Below, piece by piece: positions 25,032-39,356 of a stretch of 64,000 nucleotides of DNA (the first letter of the stretch is position 1; each line of letters starts with the position of its first letter). The translations under genes were made by a program, and so were the position numbers. Below the pieces are notes generated by a model. It saw nothing but the letters and a program-made list of their open reading frames with translations. It ran no database searches and had not been told where the DNA came from. The DNA comes from Tubulanus polymorphus (lineage: Eukaryota; Animalia; Nemertea): positions 21,882,345 through 21,946,344 of the forward strand of contig NC_134028.1 in the NCBI RefSeq assembly GCF_964204645.1. Direction: 5' to 3'.

Positions 25032-27360
25032 ATGCATACTAAGAAATACCAACTTGAACAAATGGCACCGACCGGTCACGTAGTCGACGAGGAAGCTGCG
25101 AATAGAGCGAAACCAGTCCATGATCAAACAGACGAAACGGAACCAGTCTCTGATGGCGGTTGCTGCGGTCGATTCTGGAATCTATGGGGGAACTATTTCG
25201 GTGGAGATATGAGTGCTGTGAATCGGTGGTTTCGCAAACACCACGTAATTTTACAAATACCGAACTACTTTTTGCGAGGGCTGGGAACCCCGATATTTTT
25301 GAATAACCCGATCGCCGGTGTAATCATCCTTATCGGAATGTTCCTCGGGAACGCGTGGCGTTCCGTCGTCGGCATCATCTCATTGTTGGCTGCTATATTG
25401 GTTGCTATAGCGACGAAACAAGATTTAGGTCTGATAGAGTCTGGCATTCTTACATTCCACGCATTGTTAGTAGGATTAGTGGCTCCAATATTCGTGTTTA
25501 AGCCCGACTGGTACTGGTGGCTCCTCCTACCGGTTGTTGTTCTCGCAGCTATCAGGTAGGGTCTAGAAAGTTCTAAGTATTATTGAAAAGAAATCATATA
25601 AAACCTTTTTGAGTCAAATCTGTAATGCAAGATGAACAGCATGCTAGTGTGTACCGTGCTGGTTTGATGAGGATAGAACCTAATACGAGTGTCAAAATGA
25701 GCTTAACGTTCCAGATCGAGACCTAGAATAAGCAGTCCGTATTGATAAAACCTGCTATAACATTTATTATTACTTGTGCGATTGCGCGGTATAACGTTTT
25801 TCATGTCTTGTTGCAGTGTTTTCGTTGCCAGTGGCTTAGGAAACATATTCGGCAAATTAGATTTGATCCCATTCAATCTTCCATTCAACATTTGTACCTT
25901 CCTGCTCGTGGCTTCATGGGGGGCTGATAACCCATTCTTTCCAGCAGGTGTTTACGACCCTCGGAATGAAGATAATTCCACTAATAGTAGTGCCGTCATA
26001 CAATGGGATAAGGTAAGAGTCTGAACCACATTCTGTCAAAGTCTTTCTGCGTTTGGAAAATCATGTTCTTTGCCGCCATCAAAGAGGTAGATGTTTATTT
26101 CTTTTTGTATTTGACAGATCGGTTGGTCTATTCTTGTCAATATAGGACAAGTGTACGGCTATGAGAGTGCTTTGACCGGCGGATTGATACTAATAGCCTG
26201 TTTAGTGGCTGCGCCAATCACGGCTCTGCATGTCATTTTGGGTTCCGTTATCAGCACCATCAGCGGTAAGTGTACTGACAATGCAAATACCCACCTCAAT
26301 ATTCTCCACCTATATACTGTATTTCCAAGATTCTAGAAAAAAGAACTTCTGTACCTCGTCGATTATCGAATTCTTGTACTCAAGAACAAACAGATTGGCC
26401 CTAATTCTTATTGACCATAAAATGCCTTAGAAGATACAAACATAGTACCTTCAATTTTGTTGAAATGATTATCGTTGAATTACAGTCATCAAAGTTGAGT
26501 AATTTTACGGATGGATATCGATTGATCTTGTAACCTAGTTACTCAGATTTAAAGCCTATATGTTAAAGCAATCAAAACAGGAGTACAGCAAGGATCAGTT
26601 CTGATACATCTACTATTTAAAATATCAAATTTTTATGATAGATTGCCAGGACATCAAAGCTTTCATTCTTTCTTGAAATTGAACCATGGTAGAGGGAAAA
26701 TATCGAGATTAAACACGTGCGAGTTTTCAAGTTGAATTATTTCGGTTGGTATATTTTCAGCATTAAGTTTTGCAGCGAATCTTGATTCGATTTACGCCGG
26801 TTTGTACGGCTATAACGGGATCCTTACCTGTTCAGTACTGGGTGGGTACCTGTGGGTGTTTTCCGTCGACTCCTGTATATATGCCTGCATAGGAGGTAAG
26901 CAAAACCCCAAGGACTCAATCAGACTTTTATTTTCGAATTGCTATACTCCCATTGACTGCAAAACAAATGCAACTGAAGCAATATCAAACATTTTCTTTT
27001 CAGCGATTTTTTCTACGTATCTTTTCGCGACACTTGCTAATATTCTTTATGCGGTAAGTTCCGAGTTGGTGCCAGCTAATAATGCCCTGAGTGTGGGCTG
27101 GGGAACAAGAAACTAATGGTTGCGATATAGCTTAATTTGAAGAATGAAATGTTCAAGGAAGGAGAATGACCATATTATTGTATATTGATTTGTAGGTGAA
27201 TCTGCCAGCCTTGGCGTTTCCGTATGCGCTATCGTCGATCGTATTTCTAGGACTGACCAGCGGTCGCGGAACCTTCGTGCGCGTTCCAATCGATCAGATA
27301 ACCTACCCCGAACAACACGTGTTCATGAATCGTAAAGGAAAATACGTTAAAACTAGTTAA
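25032..27360 (+). CDS. Urea transporter, SLC14/UT family, 6 exons
   Basis: Exons about 25032-25555, 25818-26012, 26119-26266, 26761-26895, 27004-27054 and 27196-27360. Motifs LRG..IFLNNPIAG, PFNLPFNI, IGQVYG, GLYGYNG, LPALAFP and ITYPE, then TAA. Confidence 0.92.
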
Positions 27361-28330
27361 TGTCTCGACTGCAGACGTCTACAGTAGAATTTAGCTGAAG
27401 GCAGAAGTCCGGGCTAGAGGCTTTCAGTCCAATCAACTCGTTTGATTTCATCGTTTGTGCTGTAGTGTATTTGAAATTTCATTCTCCTGTGCAATTGTTT
27501 AATGAACTTAAACTTTAGGGAAGCTGATTCCATCACGTCAATGAACTTGTTTTGCACCACTTCAATACGGTTTGTCTTTGTACACTTTTTACCCATGCAA
27601 TACCCTATAAACTATGTACGTTTCTTTTATTCGGTAACTTCACATACCGTAACTATCTTGTATATAAAGCTCAACTCTAATTTTTGTATAAAAGCTCAAC
27701 TGAAATCTGATTTTGTCATTGCAGAATAAACTATTTTTCGTCCGGTACATGCAGGATTACCGTTTATGACCCGCGTCTAAATTTTCGTCACTTGATCATC
27801 ATTTAGTATCATTGCTCGCTTTGCTTCATGTTCCGGTTCTCAGTGATTCGAACCTCAATCCTGTTCCTGGACCCGTGTCGTATCGTGAACTACTCGACGT
27901 TATTTCTGATGTTGATGGAAAGTTTGAACGAAACTTTTCCGCTACTGGCAGCTGAAGTGTTACTGCAGATTCTCGCCATCCGTCGTGCAGATTGCTGCAG
28001 ATATTATATATTGGGTAAAAAGACCTCCCATACCAACAAACACCATTCACAAACAAATCAATGACCACCATTCACGACATCAAGATTTAAACATAAAATA
28101 TGAAATTTCATTGTAATCATTTTATTTTTCCGAGATTATTTCTATCCAAAACAATAGTCATCATATGAGAAAATAAAACCCACGCCCTACTAAAGCGAAT
28201 GTTCTAAGTACGCTAACCTACGCAGATAAAAATGATGCCAACAAGAGAATTAAGTCCGTGATATCATTTCTCGGAAAATGCTTCTTAAGGCAATAGGTCG
28301 TTGACATTAAGGTGCAAAATATCGAATAAC

Positions 28331-30014
28331 TTAAGCCTTTTGGATAAGGACTGGTAAGACAGAAGTGTTAGACTTTTTCAGTTCTATCGCCCTCTGTTTA
28401 GCTTTTCTCGCCGCCTTCCGTTCGTCGGAACAGCACAGCAAAAAGAACAGGTACAAATCGACGATCAGCAAAATCGCGTTTTTAGCGACGAAGAACAAAA
28501 TGGAACTGGTGAATAGTTTGTACGTCGACATAATGTATAATCTCATAGCGAGATACGGTCCGTCCATACATAAACACTGAAATAACAACGACCATCTCTC
28601 ATCAATTAGAATATTAATGTATTTAGAGTTTTTCGTCTGATTTCCGTCGGTTTGTTCTGTTGTCGCCTTTTGTTCCACTTCCGGCGTTTCGTCATCCCTA
28701 TCTTCGGTCGCAGTTAAATAGAAACAAAACGGAACTAAACTCCACGTCCAAAAGGCTAAGAGAACATAAATCTCCGTGTCGCGAACTTTTTCGATTTTCA
28801 TATCGCTTTGGGTTTGATAGAATTCGATGACGTCGGCGCCGTTTGCGATGAGCACCAGTAACAGTCGCGCCAAACGGAAACGATCGACGAGTTTGTTCGG
28901 CAATAAACAGCGGCCAATAACGAGCAAAATGATCATCGCTTGTTGGATACTCATTATCCACCGGAGATGAGATAGTTGTGGAATGGCGACCCGAACCTGT
29001 AAGATTCATATGCAATATAAACTATGAGTTTTATATATGATTAGAGATATACGTAATAGCTACACTTAAACACGGAGAATAGATTAGATGATAAAAACCT
29101 ACTCAGTACAAATTTAGAAGCAAATTTGATTTTTGCAACCTTTTAATCAGGTGGTATTGATTGACGATCAAATGTAGTCTAACACGTCTAAGCGATATGT
29201 GAGGTTTAACAGATCCTGTATCATTCCGACTTCTTAATTCCTATTGCCACGTAAAATACTAATCGAAAACACACTACGTACGCGAGTTCGGATAGCTTCG
29301 GAAAAACCATAGCAGCGATGGTTTTTCCGAAGTTATCGGAACTACATTTTCAAAAACCGCGGCAGTTTTTTAAAGTGTATAGAAGTGTAAGAATAGTTGA
29401 ATAGATCTTACCCCAAATATTTTCTCAAAAGTGATTTCTATATCTTCGCCTTCGCAATCCTCTTTAAATCGACCGGTTGAATTGTAATTCAGAATGCATC
29501 TATTGTACTTAGTCTGCAGTAACCAAATGCAGGTAACATTCGGAATGAGAAAGAACAGGACGCACAGGCAGAACCTATAGAGAACAATTTTTCAGAACTA
29601 AGCGAGTATCATTTCATGCTTTGGTTTTACAATCTGAAGGAGATTTTCAGAAACGGATTCCAAATCTTAACCCAAGAACTGTGAAACTAAAAACAATCAA
29701 TTTGCATCAAATAACTAATTTTTCGAATATATTGGAAAGTCATATCATAATGATCCACCATACTTCAAATTCATCCGTCGAAGTAGGTATTTTTACCATT
29801 TGCTGCTTTCGACACCGTTGAATTTCTTCAACCGATAAATCCCTTCCGCGATCAGCGGCACCAGCAGGACCGTTAGTGACCAATATTGCAGTCCGTAGCC
29901 ATCCACTACTCTCGAAATCGAAACCAACGCGAAACAAGCGAAAATCACCCGCACCAAAATCGCCCTCGATATGCTCGATACATCTTTACGAATACAAGCA
30001 CACTTTATCGTCAT
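28331..30014 (-). CDS. TMEM26: TMEM26-like multi-pass membrane protein, 3 exons
   Basis: Exons about 30014-29797, 29575-29412 and 28997-28331. AILVRVIF, LIAEG, QQAMIILLVIGRCLLP, LLLVLIANGADVIEF, WTWSL, DGPYLAMRL and FFVAKN match TMEM26 motifs. Confidence 0.85.
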
Positions 30015-31010
30015 CACGGTTTTCTTACTACGAGCCTGGTTCAGTTATTTCGCATCCCCCGCAGTGTCGTACGAAGAAACGTTTATATTTAACTGCTATA
30101 AACCCCGGGCGAATTTCACAGACAGTCTTAAAACTTGTAGTCATTGTGTGAATGGTCGTCAACATTGTTTATTGCAATATGTAAATAGTTTACTTCGACT
30201 GAAATTTTCAAAACCTGTTTTACATGCACGTACTGTAATAGGGATTATTCAAAGATTTATAACGTTGAAGAGAATATTTTCAAGATCACTGAAAGTTCAC
30301 AACATGTTTTGTTGCTTTGTGGCACTGTTCATACATGAAAGCAGAATATCTATCAGAACTGTTCACTGGAATGTTCGCTGGCGTCATAATTTCATATCTT
30401 CTTCATCTGGACCTGTTTTCATTCTGCCTTCAATTTCGTGCATTGGAGAATTGCCACGATTAGCGCAAAATCGAAAAGAGGAACTAATAAATGCTTCCCA
30501 TAGCTTTTGAAACTTGGTTTATTGATAACCATTTGTTTAAAAGAATGGTTCTGCTGTAATGTTTTTATACGACGGCGGATTTTGAATGGACTGGCAATTA
30601 CAGATTCAAACTCTACCGATCATCAGGTTCACAGATATTTCGGAATCGGAACGCTTCGAAAAAAGATTTCGGAATCGGTAAAAACCAATCATTCAACCTG
30701 CTTCAGAAATCGCATAAATCATTTAATATTAAGAATACTACTCATTCATGATTGCTGATGATAAGCTTGTGAAAACGAAAAACCATTCAGTGACGTATAT
30801 AAGACCATGTACATGTGTGTATACGTATATGAACAACAAAAATGAATGTTTAACTAAGGCAAATATGATTAGTATAAATCAGAATATATGTAGAATTAAA
30901 AATCAATACAATATTTGTTCCGGTGCCATTAATTGTGATAAGATAAATATGTTTTAGCTATTTTTTTCGATTTGAGGCCTCACAAATTCTGTTGGTGCTC
31001 CTCTTGTGGA

Positions 31011-34000
31011 TATGACCATCATGTGGAGAATCATTATTTCATTTGCTGTTTTCTTTTCGGGAATATTGAGTCATATTGTTGATCCTGAAGTAAGTTTTGG
31101 ATTGAAACGGATCTTAAAGCTCAGGTTTCGGGGCAGATTTTTATCGAGCCTTTATCATTCTCAGTTATTTCCTAACAATAATACCATTTTAATCTACTCT
31201 ATTTGAAGTGTTCTTTTCGATTCTTCGACGAAAAATCTTGTGTGTGAACCTAGCGTTATGCTTTCTTGTTGGATATGAATGCTAAAATCAACTAATCGTT
31301 ATGCAGGGCATATATTCACTAAAAACATTTCATATATTTACCTCTAAATCAGCAATACCTGCAGAGCTATGGATATTTGGCGAAGTCTGAAACCGGTCAA
31401 CATAGTCCAATTACATGGAAAGGAGCCATCAGGTACTGTGATATAGAAAATATCGATGTCACGACACCATATGTGATATCATACGAAATAAGTATTTTTA
31501 TTTTCAAAAAGAGTTATTCACGCTGTCTACTCATGAAAGCTGCAGTGTTGGCTTCTTCAATTTTGGAGATTTTACTGGAATCAACTGTATTCGAGTCACT
31601 ATTTTGCTCTTTAATCGCTGTTAGTATAACCCATTCCATACACTATACACCATTTTGTCTTGGTTCGGATTCTCAGAATGACGCCACATTGGGAATGAAT
31701 CAGCACGGCCGATCAAAAGTCAAAATTAAAGAATGCGAAATTTTTTTCATCCACTGAACACATAAACACACAAATATGTTGTAATTGAAAGGATTTAGAG
31801 CCATATGTCAAAAGCCACTTAATTGGCATAACGGCTTCCAGTAATTTTACATGCCCACTGTTAGTAGATATCCATAAGCCCACGTCGTCAATCTATCGGA
31901 TTGAACATGTTCTATACTGTACCACAATTAGCTTCTACATGTGATAAATCCTAAAGTACTTTGGTGATTTCATTGTCATTTTTCAACGGTTTGTCGTAAA
32001 TCAAAATTCGATGTTGCAGAAAATTCCAAAGATTTGCGAACGTTCCCGAAACGGGGAGACTGGACGAAGCGACGTTATCAAAAATGGAGGCACCACGGTG
32101 CGGAGTGGCGGATGTGAGAGGATATGCTTTGCCTATTGGTAAGATTACGAGTTTAATCTCAGAAAAAGGAAATATGAAAATAAAATGTTACGAAGACGTA
32201 TTCAATTAACGATTATAAGTCGTTCTATTTGTACGTGTTCGATTAACCAAAATTGAAGATTGTGAGAAAACTATGAATTTCAGTGTCTTGGAGCAGACGG
32301 TGTATTTCGTGGAAATTGATTAATCATACCCCGGATATGTCTGTCGAAGAGCAAAAGTACGTATGTAACTCATACACGTACATCAATACGTCATACTGTA
32401 GGCATCCACATTAAGACTCAATTTAGTGAATTCGTTGATATCTCAATTAATAAGAATAACAGGGAATAAGGATAAGATATCGTGTTAAGTCCTAACGAAA
32501 GGTCACGAATTGATTTGTTTTCGATGAATTGAATCAAAATTCAGAATGGCAATTACGCGCGGAATCAACTACTGGACTACTGTTACAAACATCTTCTTCA
32601 CCGAGGTGGGAGCGCACGAACCGGCTGACCTGACAATATCGTTCGGTCGAGGAAATCACGAAAAGACTTGTAACCCGTTTGATGGACCAGGTAATCAAAA
32701 CGGACGAATTCTTCAATAGGCGAATTCATCTAGTAGAGCAGAAATGGGGATACGCTGTAGCATAATGATTGGACTTGTTTTATACTAGAGGCGAATCTGG
32801 GGCTCTATAACTATTCCAATGAAAAGGGCACATTTCTATTCCTGACGAGGCCACGTCCCAGAGGCTCACAGCGTAAAGTAGAGGGTAGGGCTCCTGCTCC
32901 AGAAGTCGTTTAAATCTAAATCCTATTTGGTGCATTATGAGCTGGTAGACTTCGCTAAGTTATGAATTGAGTAGAAGATTACTTGCTGAGTTCACGATTC
33001 CGTATTCCTCCAAATGGTTAACTAACCTTCACCATAATATCCCAATATTTACAGTGAATATGGTCTGCATTCGTATCTTTCAAATCAGCATTGAATTATT
33101 TTCAATTTTAATGAATGTCGTACCTTTGACAATTCAGGTGGCGTCCTCGCGCATGCGTATTACCCGGAAGACGGTCGGCTTCATTTCGATGACGACGAGT
33201 TTTGGACGGAAGGAGGACACGACGGTACAAATCTACGAATCGTTACCTTCCACGAGATGGGCCACGCGTTAGGTTTGGGACATTCGAACGATCCACGCGC
33301 CATTATGGCACCCATCTATCAGGGATACTGGCCCCACCGAGATAACGATATCGTCCCGGCAGATGACACCCATGGGATTCAATCACTTTATGGTACGTTG
33401 TGCGTGAGTTTCTCTGTTTCATTTTCCATCTCACCCAAAATCTGGAACATCAGATACTGATCAACTTTGAACTGAATTATCGAGCTTCCAGCTCCATACA
33501 TTATATCACGGGAACAATTGTAAATCATTTTTCACTCAGCGGTCGGTATTATAGTTTTCAAAAATGATTGATTCATTGAAGGGAAATGTTCATTCCGCTT
33601 ATAACTGAAACATAGAGAAATATAAAAGACTGCTAACGACCCCTGGTTGTTCCCTGCTAACCATAAGTAGCGTACCTTAAACTTTCGTCAATCAAAGTTC
33701 GGGCTTCACTCATCAATGTACCGCTAGCACTGATTCGATTCCGAGTCATTCCAGGGAAGGGTTTGGCTTTGAAAGTGACAATCAAATAGCTACTATTGAT
33801 TGTCCACTAACTTTATTTTTTGCAGGTGTGAAAGACCACACGATGACGTCAAGGTCTCCAATAATTGAACCTGTACCGACTATTTCCCCTCAACAATTCA
33901 ACCCATGTACCGAAACCTTCGATGCGATATTCACCAGTGAGTTTTCCATTCAGTGATAAGTTTGTCTAATTAATCAATATATCAGTACGAACCCTTAGCG

Positions 34001-35795
34001 CAGCTTCAGGTGTCATCTAAAATATTATTGTTTCCTCCACGAGTCACAGATGTAACAATTACACATGTTAGATATTCAAAGGTTGGTTCGAATCCTGAAA
34101 AACATCTTCAAATATGAACCGAGCATTTCTCTCCTCCTTAGCCGACGACGGTGTGACTTACGCGATGAAAGATGGCGTTGTGGCTAAAATGAGTCCCCAG
34201 GAAAAAAGACCTGTCTATTATCGATACTACGATTTATTTGACGTCAAACCGACCGTCGACACAGCTTTCTTCTCGAATATCCCACTGTCTCGAGGTTTAT
34301 TCATACTCTCAGGTACGTACAATGCTTTGCCGTTTGGATTTTAAATTCAACATCTAAATTACATTTCAATTGTAGAAAAAGAACAATACAAAATTATGAT
34401 AGTGGGTCGTTATTATACGTTTAACCTTTTCGAAGAAATACATGTAACATTGGGAAAAAAAATTAAAACGAAAATATGCGGGATAAATAAGTAATAGGTA
34501 TCTTGAATGTTAATTTCGTTTAAAGGTACAGACATGTATCGATATTACTACGACAAACGCAGTCAGACATTTATCTTGTCTCCCGGATATCCGAAAAATA
34601 ACGCAGACGTACTCAGATACCCGACGCACCCAGATGCAGCTTTCCCTGATCCCAGCGGTTGGATTAACATCTACGAGGTATGCTTAGGTTTTGACTGTAG
34701 TGAACTGATAGAAATCTCGGTATAGTTAACGAATAAAAACCCACTGTAGATTTGTCGAAATAGTTGATATCCTAACACTTGTATTTTTTGTTCCGGAAAT
34801 GAGGTTTAGTTTTAACCTGGAAATTGTAAGGAAATACACTGTTTCTACAAATCTACTGTGGGTTTTTATTCGTCATGCTTAGGTTTTGTCAGGGAAGACT
34901 CGAGCGGGTGCAATAACATCAATGAAGCACAATAACATCAATTAGATTGAATGAGAGAACTACGTATTTAGAAATGACCTATACTGACTCAATGATGTAT
35001 GGTTCCTGTCATTTCAAAATCCTCCAGTAGACACTTGAGAATCATGAGACTGTGCTACGTTCTGACAGGGATTCGAACCTGATGGCATCACGAGACTCTG
35101 CCACAAAACTAGAGTGCGGTAGCAGAGTCTCGCGATGCCATCATCAAGTCCCTGCTAAGCGAGGATGCAAAATGTAGGCTGTTGTAAGTTCGGAGTCTAG
35201 ATTATCTGCTTCATCTGGTACTATCGACAATCTGAAAATTGGATTTCGTTGTTTTGAACAGACTCGCCCAATTTTTTATCTAAATATTTTGTAGGGAGAT
35301 CGATTCGTGTTCTATTATGTAGGAGAAAAAGAGGTTCGCTCCGAAAAGACTGTCAACTTCCACGGCAATCTCCCGAGCAACCTTGACGCCGCTACAGCTA
35401 AAGACGGATTGGCTTTCTTCTTTAAAGGATCCGAGTAAGTAACCGCAAAACCATTGAACAATTGATAAACAGTGTTTTCCCCATGATTGAAAACAATTCC
35501 CGAAGAGAAAACGCCAATGTCAGTGTATTCTAGTCAATTTCAAATTATGGCAATTGTACATCTTGGATGGATTGAAGTGACTCGTAATAAGATAATATTT
35601 TGGGAATTTGTAAACTAATGCTTAAACAAGAATAAAGGTCAATCTATGCTAATTAAAAAGTGATGTATCATATTTATGATCTGCAAATAACTTAAATGAA
35701 TTTCGTTTTTGTATTTCAGTTACTATACTTTAGTGCCGGGAACGTTCAAAGTAAAAGGCCCGTTCAGAAAGGATAAAAAGTGGATGGGATGCTAA
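31011..35795 (+). CDS. Secreted matrix metalloproteinase (M10A) with hemopexin domain, about 11 exons
   Basis: Signal peptide exon 31011-31089; YLQSYGYL; cysteine switch PRCGVAD (about 32093-32113); [15 protein letters not shown]; HFDDDEFW; [11 protein letters not shown] (about 33251-33283); Met-turn AIMAP; hemopexin exons ending WMGC-stop at 35795. No TM/GPI tail. Confidence 0.93.
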
Positions 35796-36672
35796 ACAAG
35801 TTTTGCTTTTTTTCCTTTTCGAAAATAAATTGTGGGTAAATTTTGGTTATTTTGACCTATTCTTTACTGTCTAAATATCTGTAGAAAGAATTTTTCAATG
35901 CACTTCAAGAGATTGTCGGATGTTGTATTCTATAAATCTATAAATGCTCGGATTATTCCAATAGTATTGCGGGATAAAACTGCTTCTTGGGATCAAATAG
36001 TGTATGCAGCATAGTAAGACATGGTATTCATCTTCGATTGGAGTACTACTGCGGACACGAAGCAAAGACATGTATTTACAACATTTTTTAGATGTATAGA
36101 CTCAATAGCGTTAAGGCTGTCAAAGGCCCATATTGGACTAATTTGACTAGAGAATCAAAAATATCTAGTTTAACTTTAGGAGATAGAAGTCTAGCGTCCA
36201 ACAGATTCGTTTACATGATAGATATTATTTACAATAAACAAAACATAAATATGGTTAAAAACCATGGCCAACAATCAGGCTTTTCTGAGCAGATCCCGTT
36301 GATCCGTTGTCCGCTAAGGCCTTACAATTACTGACATAGCCTACAAAAACAAACAACTCCGAAAGTCCGTCTTGAGTATTTTAAGAATTGTTATCTTTTT
36401 ACCATCTTCTACAAACATTCAGGATTTTAAACTCTTAACTCTTTGCCCTGTAAGCAAGCAGAAAGCCAATTTGTTTTCGATGGGAACCTACTTCACGTTT
36501 CGTAACAGAACCTGCTTCACGTTTCGTAACAGTCTTAGGTCATTCTAGAGGTCTTTCCATTGTTTTAACCGTTTTTGAAAAATCGTGCAGGTCGCACGGT
36601 ATATTTCAAATAGTACACCTGACCAAGATTTTGAGAATAACTTCATGCACGGATAGTTCCAGCGAGTCTAGT

Positions 36673-37632
36673 TCAGAAGACCATTCTTTTGACGCCGCAG
36701 AATCTCTCGAGAAAATACGTGCGGATTTCTGTTCCGACAAGAATGTATACATAGAAATTCAGTGCGAAGTTGCTCGACAATATAATGTTTAAAAACCTGT
36801 CGAGAAAATGTTTAATACTGTAAGGTATCGGTAAAAATGTCATGATTGTCGACGGCATAGTGGTAACAGTAAACACTGTCGATACGGCCAGCAGTATGAT
36901 AGTTGTACGTTTAGTTTTTATCGATTTAGTACCACTCGATGATAACTCCGGTGACGTTTTGAAAAGATTTAAGATAATGATGAAGTTAGCGCAGATGATG
37001 ATACACAATGGCGCGACGTAAGTGTACGAGACGCTGAATACCATTGCCGGTTGTTTAGAGGATAATAACATACAGCAACCGAAACCTTTCACGTGTTTCA
37101 TATTAATAATCGTCCAAGATGCGGCTATTGAACTGAGGGCAAAAATAATCGAGATAATTAAACCTGCGAATTTCGGTGTACATATCAATCTTGACGCGAA
37201 CGGGAAAAGAACGATGGCAAGCCGCTCAGCTGTTACAGCGACAATAACCCACGTACTGCTGTAAGCACCCAAAAATGGCAGGTATTCGTAAATTGCGCAT
37301 ATCACCAAACTGGCTGGATGTAAATGGAAGTCGGCGAGCTTGACGAGTATGTACTGCAACACTGGGATACCGGTTGTAGGAATGCACACGGACATGTCAG
37401 CGATCGCTAATACGACGAGGTAGTTGGCGTAAGAAAAACGACGAAAGCGTTTACTACCCATAATTAGGAAGCTGGCCACGTTACCGAATAATCCCAAACA
37501 GAAAATAATCGGTAACGCGATGATGGTCAATGTACGCACGGCGCCGGTGGCGTGGATCACGGAATTAAGCATCTGATAACTGATGTAGGCAGGTGTAAGA
37601 CCAACGCCTGGTCCAGGACGTGTACTGTTCAT
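36673..37632 (-). CDS. Intronless class A orphan GPCR (copy A), 319 aa
   Basis: 7 TM; GLFGN, YLVVLAIAD, ICAIYEY, STWVIVAVTAERL, TTMP, SNFALNFYVY. Confidence 0.92.
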   Translation of the reverse strand: MNSTRPGPGVGLTPAYISYQMLNSVIHATGAVRTLTIIALPIIFCLGLFGNVASFLIMGSKRFRRFSYANYLVVLAIADMSVCIPTTGIPVLQYILVKLADFHLHPASLVICAIYEYLPFLGAYSSTWVIVAVTAERLAIVLFPFASRLICTPKFAGLIISIIFALSSIAASWTIINMKHVKGFGCCMLLSSKQPAMVFSVSYTYVAPLCIIICANFIIILNLFKTSPELSSSGTKSIKTKRTTIILLAVSTVFTVTTMPSTIMTFLPIPYSIKHFLDRFLNIILSSNFALNFYVYILVGTEIRTYFLERFCGVKRMVF

Positions 37633-38904
37633 GGCGAAACGATACCTGCCTCATACGTATGATTCAGATAAAATACATTTAGAGATAGTTGTCAAGCGAA
37701 GAGTTACCGCACGAATGGTAAGAGTAAGTATCATCATTATTTCGTAGTTGATTATTGGTTGCAATGCGCTCGCAATATTTTGCAGGACTCGTTATCTATA
37801 ATTTTCTTGGGAGGTGGTTTGAAAATCTTGGCAGGTTTCCTCCAAGCCCTCGAGCAAAATCATAATCGACTGAGATAATGTAAATAGATTATCCGTCAGT
37901 TTTTGTAATGAGCGTTATGTTAGGGTGACGCTTTAAGTAGTGAAAAATGTCGAGTTAGGCATCTACTCTTCGGCATCTGCTTTGTTTGGTATCTGACTTA
38001 CGAAGGTGGGAAGGGTGCTGCGCTAGCACCCCGGTGCAGCGTATTAGTGTACGCGCATTGTAGCAATCGACAGATCGACAAGTCTTGGAACTTATTACGA
38101 CCGAAAGACTGTTCCACGGTTGCAAAATTGACTCGGGGTCAACTCATTTAAAATGAACTGATTTCAACTTAGAGTTAACTATCACTCACTGTGGAAATCG
38201 ATCCTGGTCTAGACGAGCAATGCTAAAACGACGTCTAAAGTTCTTGAATTATTAAAACTATTTTAGATCTGTCTCGACTTCAAAGACATTTCAAAACATC
38301 AACGATTAAGGACACGTTTCATTCAAATCTGAGCGAATAAAGTTTAGTGATCATTGGTTTCATACGACTTCATCTGGCTTCATCTTGTATTTCGCTGTAT
38401 CCAAGTCTCGATAATAACCAGCAACGCTTTATGCTAACAGCCTTTCAGGAGTGGAGCCTTTGACACCAGACGGGTGTTACACGCTATCGGGCTTCTTCCA
38501 CCTGTCCACTTGTATTCATAAAATTCCATCGATTGCCATCATATCAATATTTAGTGGAAATAAAATATATTATATCATATATATACTTCAACCATTTTTG
38601 AACAGTTTAAAAATAATAGACCATTGTAAAGTCATTCAAATTCTATATATGTATGATATACATGAATCGATTTCACATAATGCTGAATGAATATGCATTA
38701 TCATGATTTTTGAAGTTATGAATATCATGAATCATTTATTATCTTATCCTAAATTATAACACGTTACTAATTACTTCCTTTCGTTCTTTTGTAGCTGGGG
38801 TCACTTGCATATTCACAGCTTAGCCTACGACCATCTCAAGTTCTGTAGTCAATCAATACCAGTCTAGGGATTTAAGACCACTTTTGGATTCAAGTCGCGA
38901 CTGT

Positions 38905-39345
38905 CGAAATTGAAATTTATTTTCATTAAAATGTTACATAGTTGGACGTTATTAAAAAGATAAGGTAAGGAAGACAGATTTAACAAAATAAACACGGGCT
39001 ACACCAAAAGACTGAAACAGTCTATCCAGACCGTATCACCCAGAAGCATCCAAACCACATTCATCACACTCACACATCATACAAACAAATATCAAACAGA
39101 CGAATGAAAATAGAAAATGTTTACATCTTACATATTTTATGATTATATATAGATTAACGTAGGTCCATAAAGAATAAAACTTACTAAGTGCTGTATACAC
39201 ATAATATGTTTAAACTAACGGTTTATTTTGTAGAGAAATTTAACTAGAAAATCTTCTGTAAAAAATCTGGTCCCTGTAATAGAATGACTCCCGCAGCCAA
39301 TTCGATCATTGAAAAGCAAAAGCCTGTCTTCAAACTCACTTAAAA
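38905..39345 (-). mobile_element. Probable LINE 3' end fragment
   Basis: The minus strand has a T-rich 3' UTR, a stem-loop-like segment and AATAAA followed by a TTTCAA-type tail; coding part degenerate. Confidence 0.4.
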
Positions 39346-39356
39346 TAACTCATTAT

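Noticed and set aside
29971-30758. 179-aa and 83-aa + strand ORFs
   Set aside because: No recognisable motifs; they overlap the TMEM26 5' region on the opposite strand.
32840-32880. CTGACGAG hammerhead-like core in an MMP intron
   Set aside because: No GAAA after the putative stem II.
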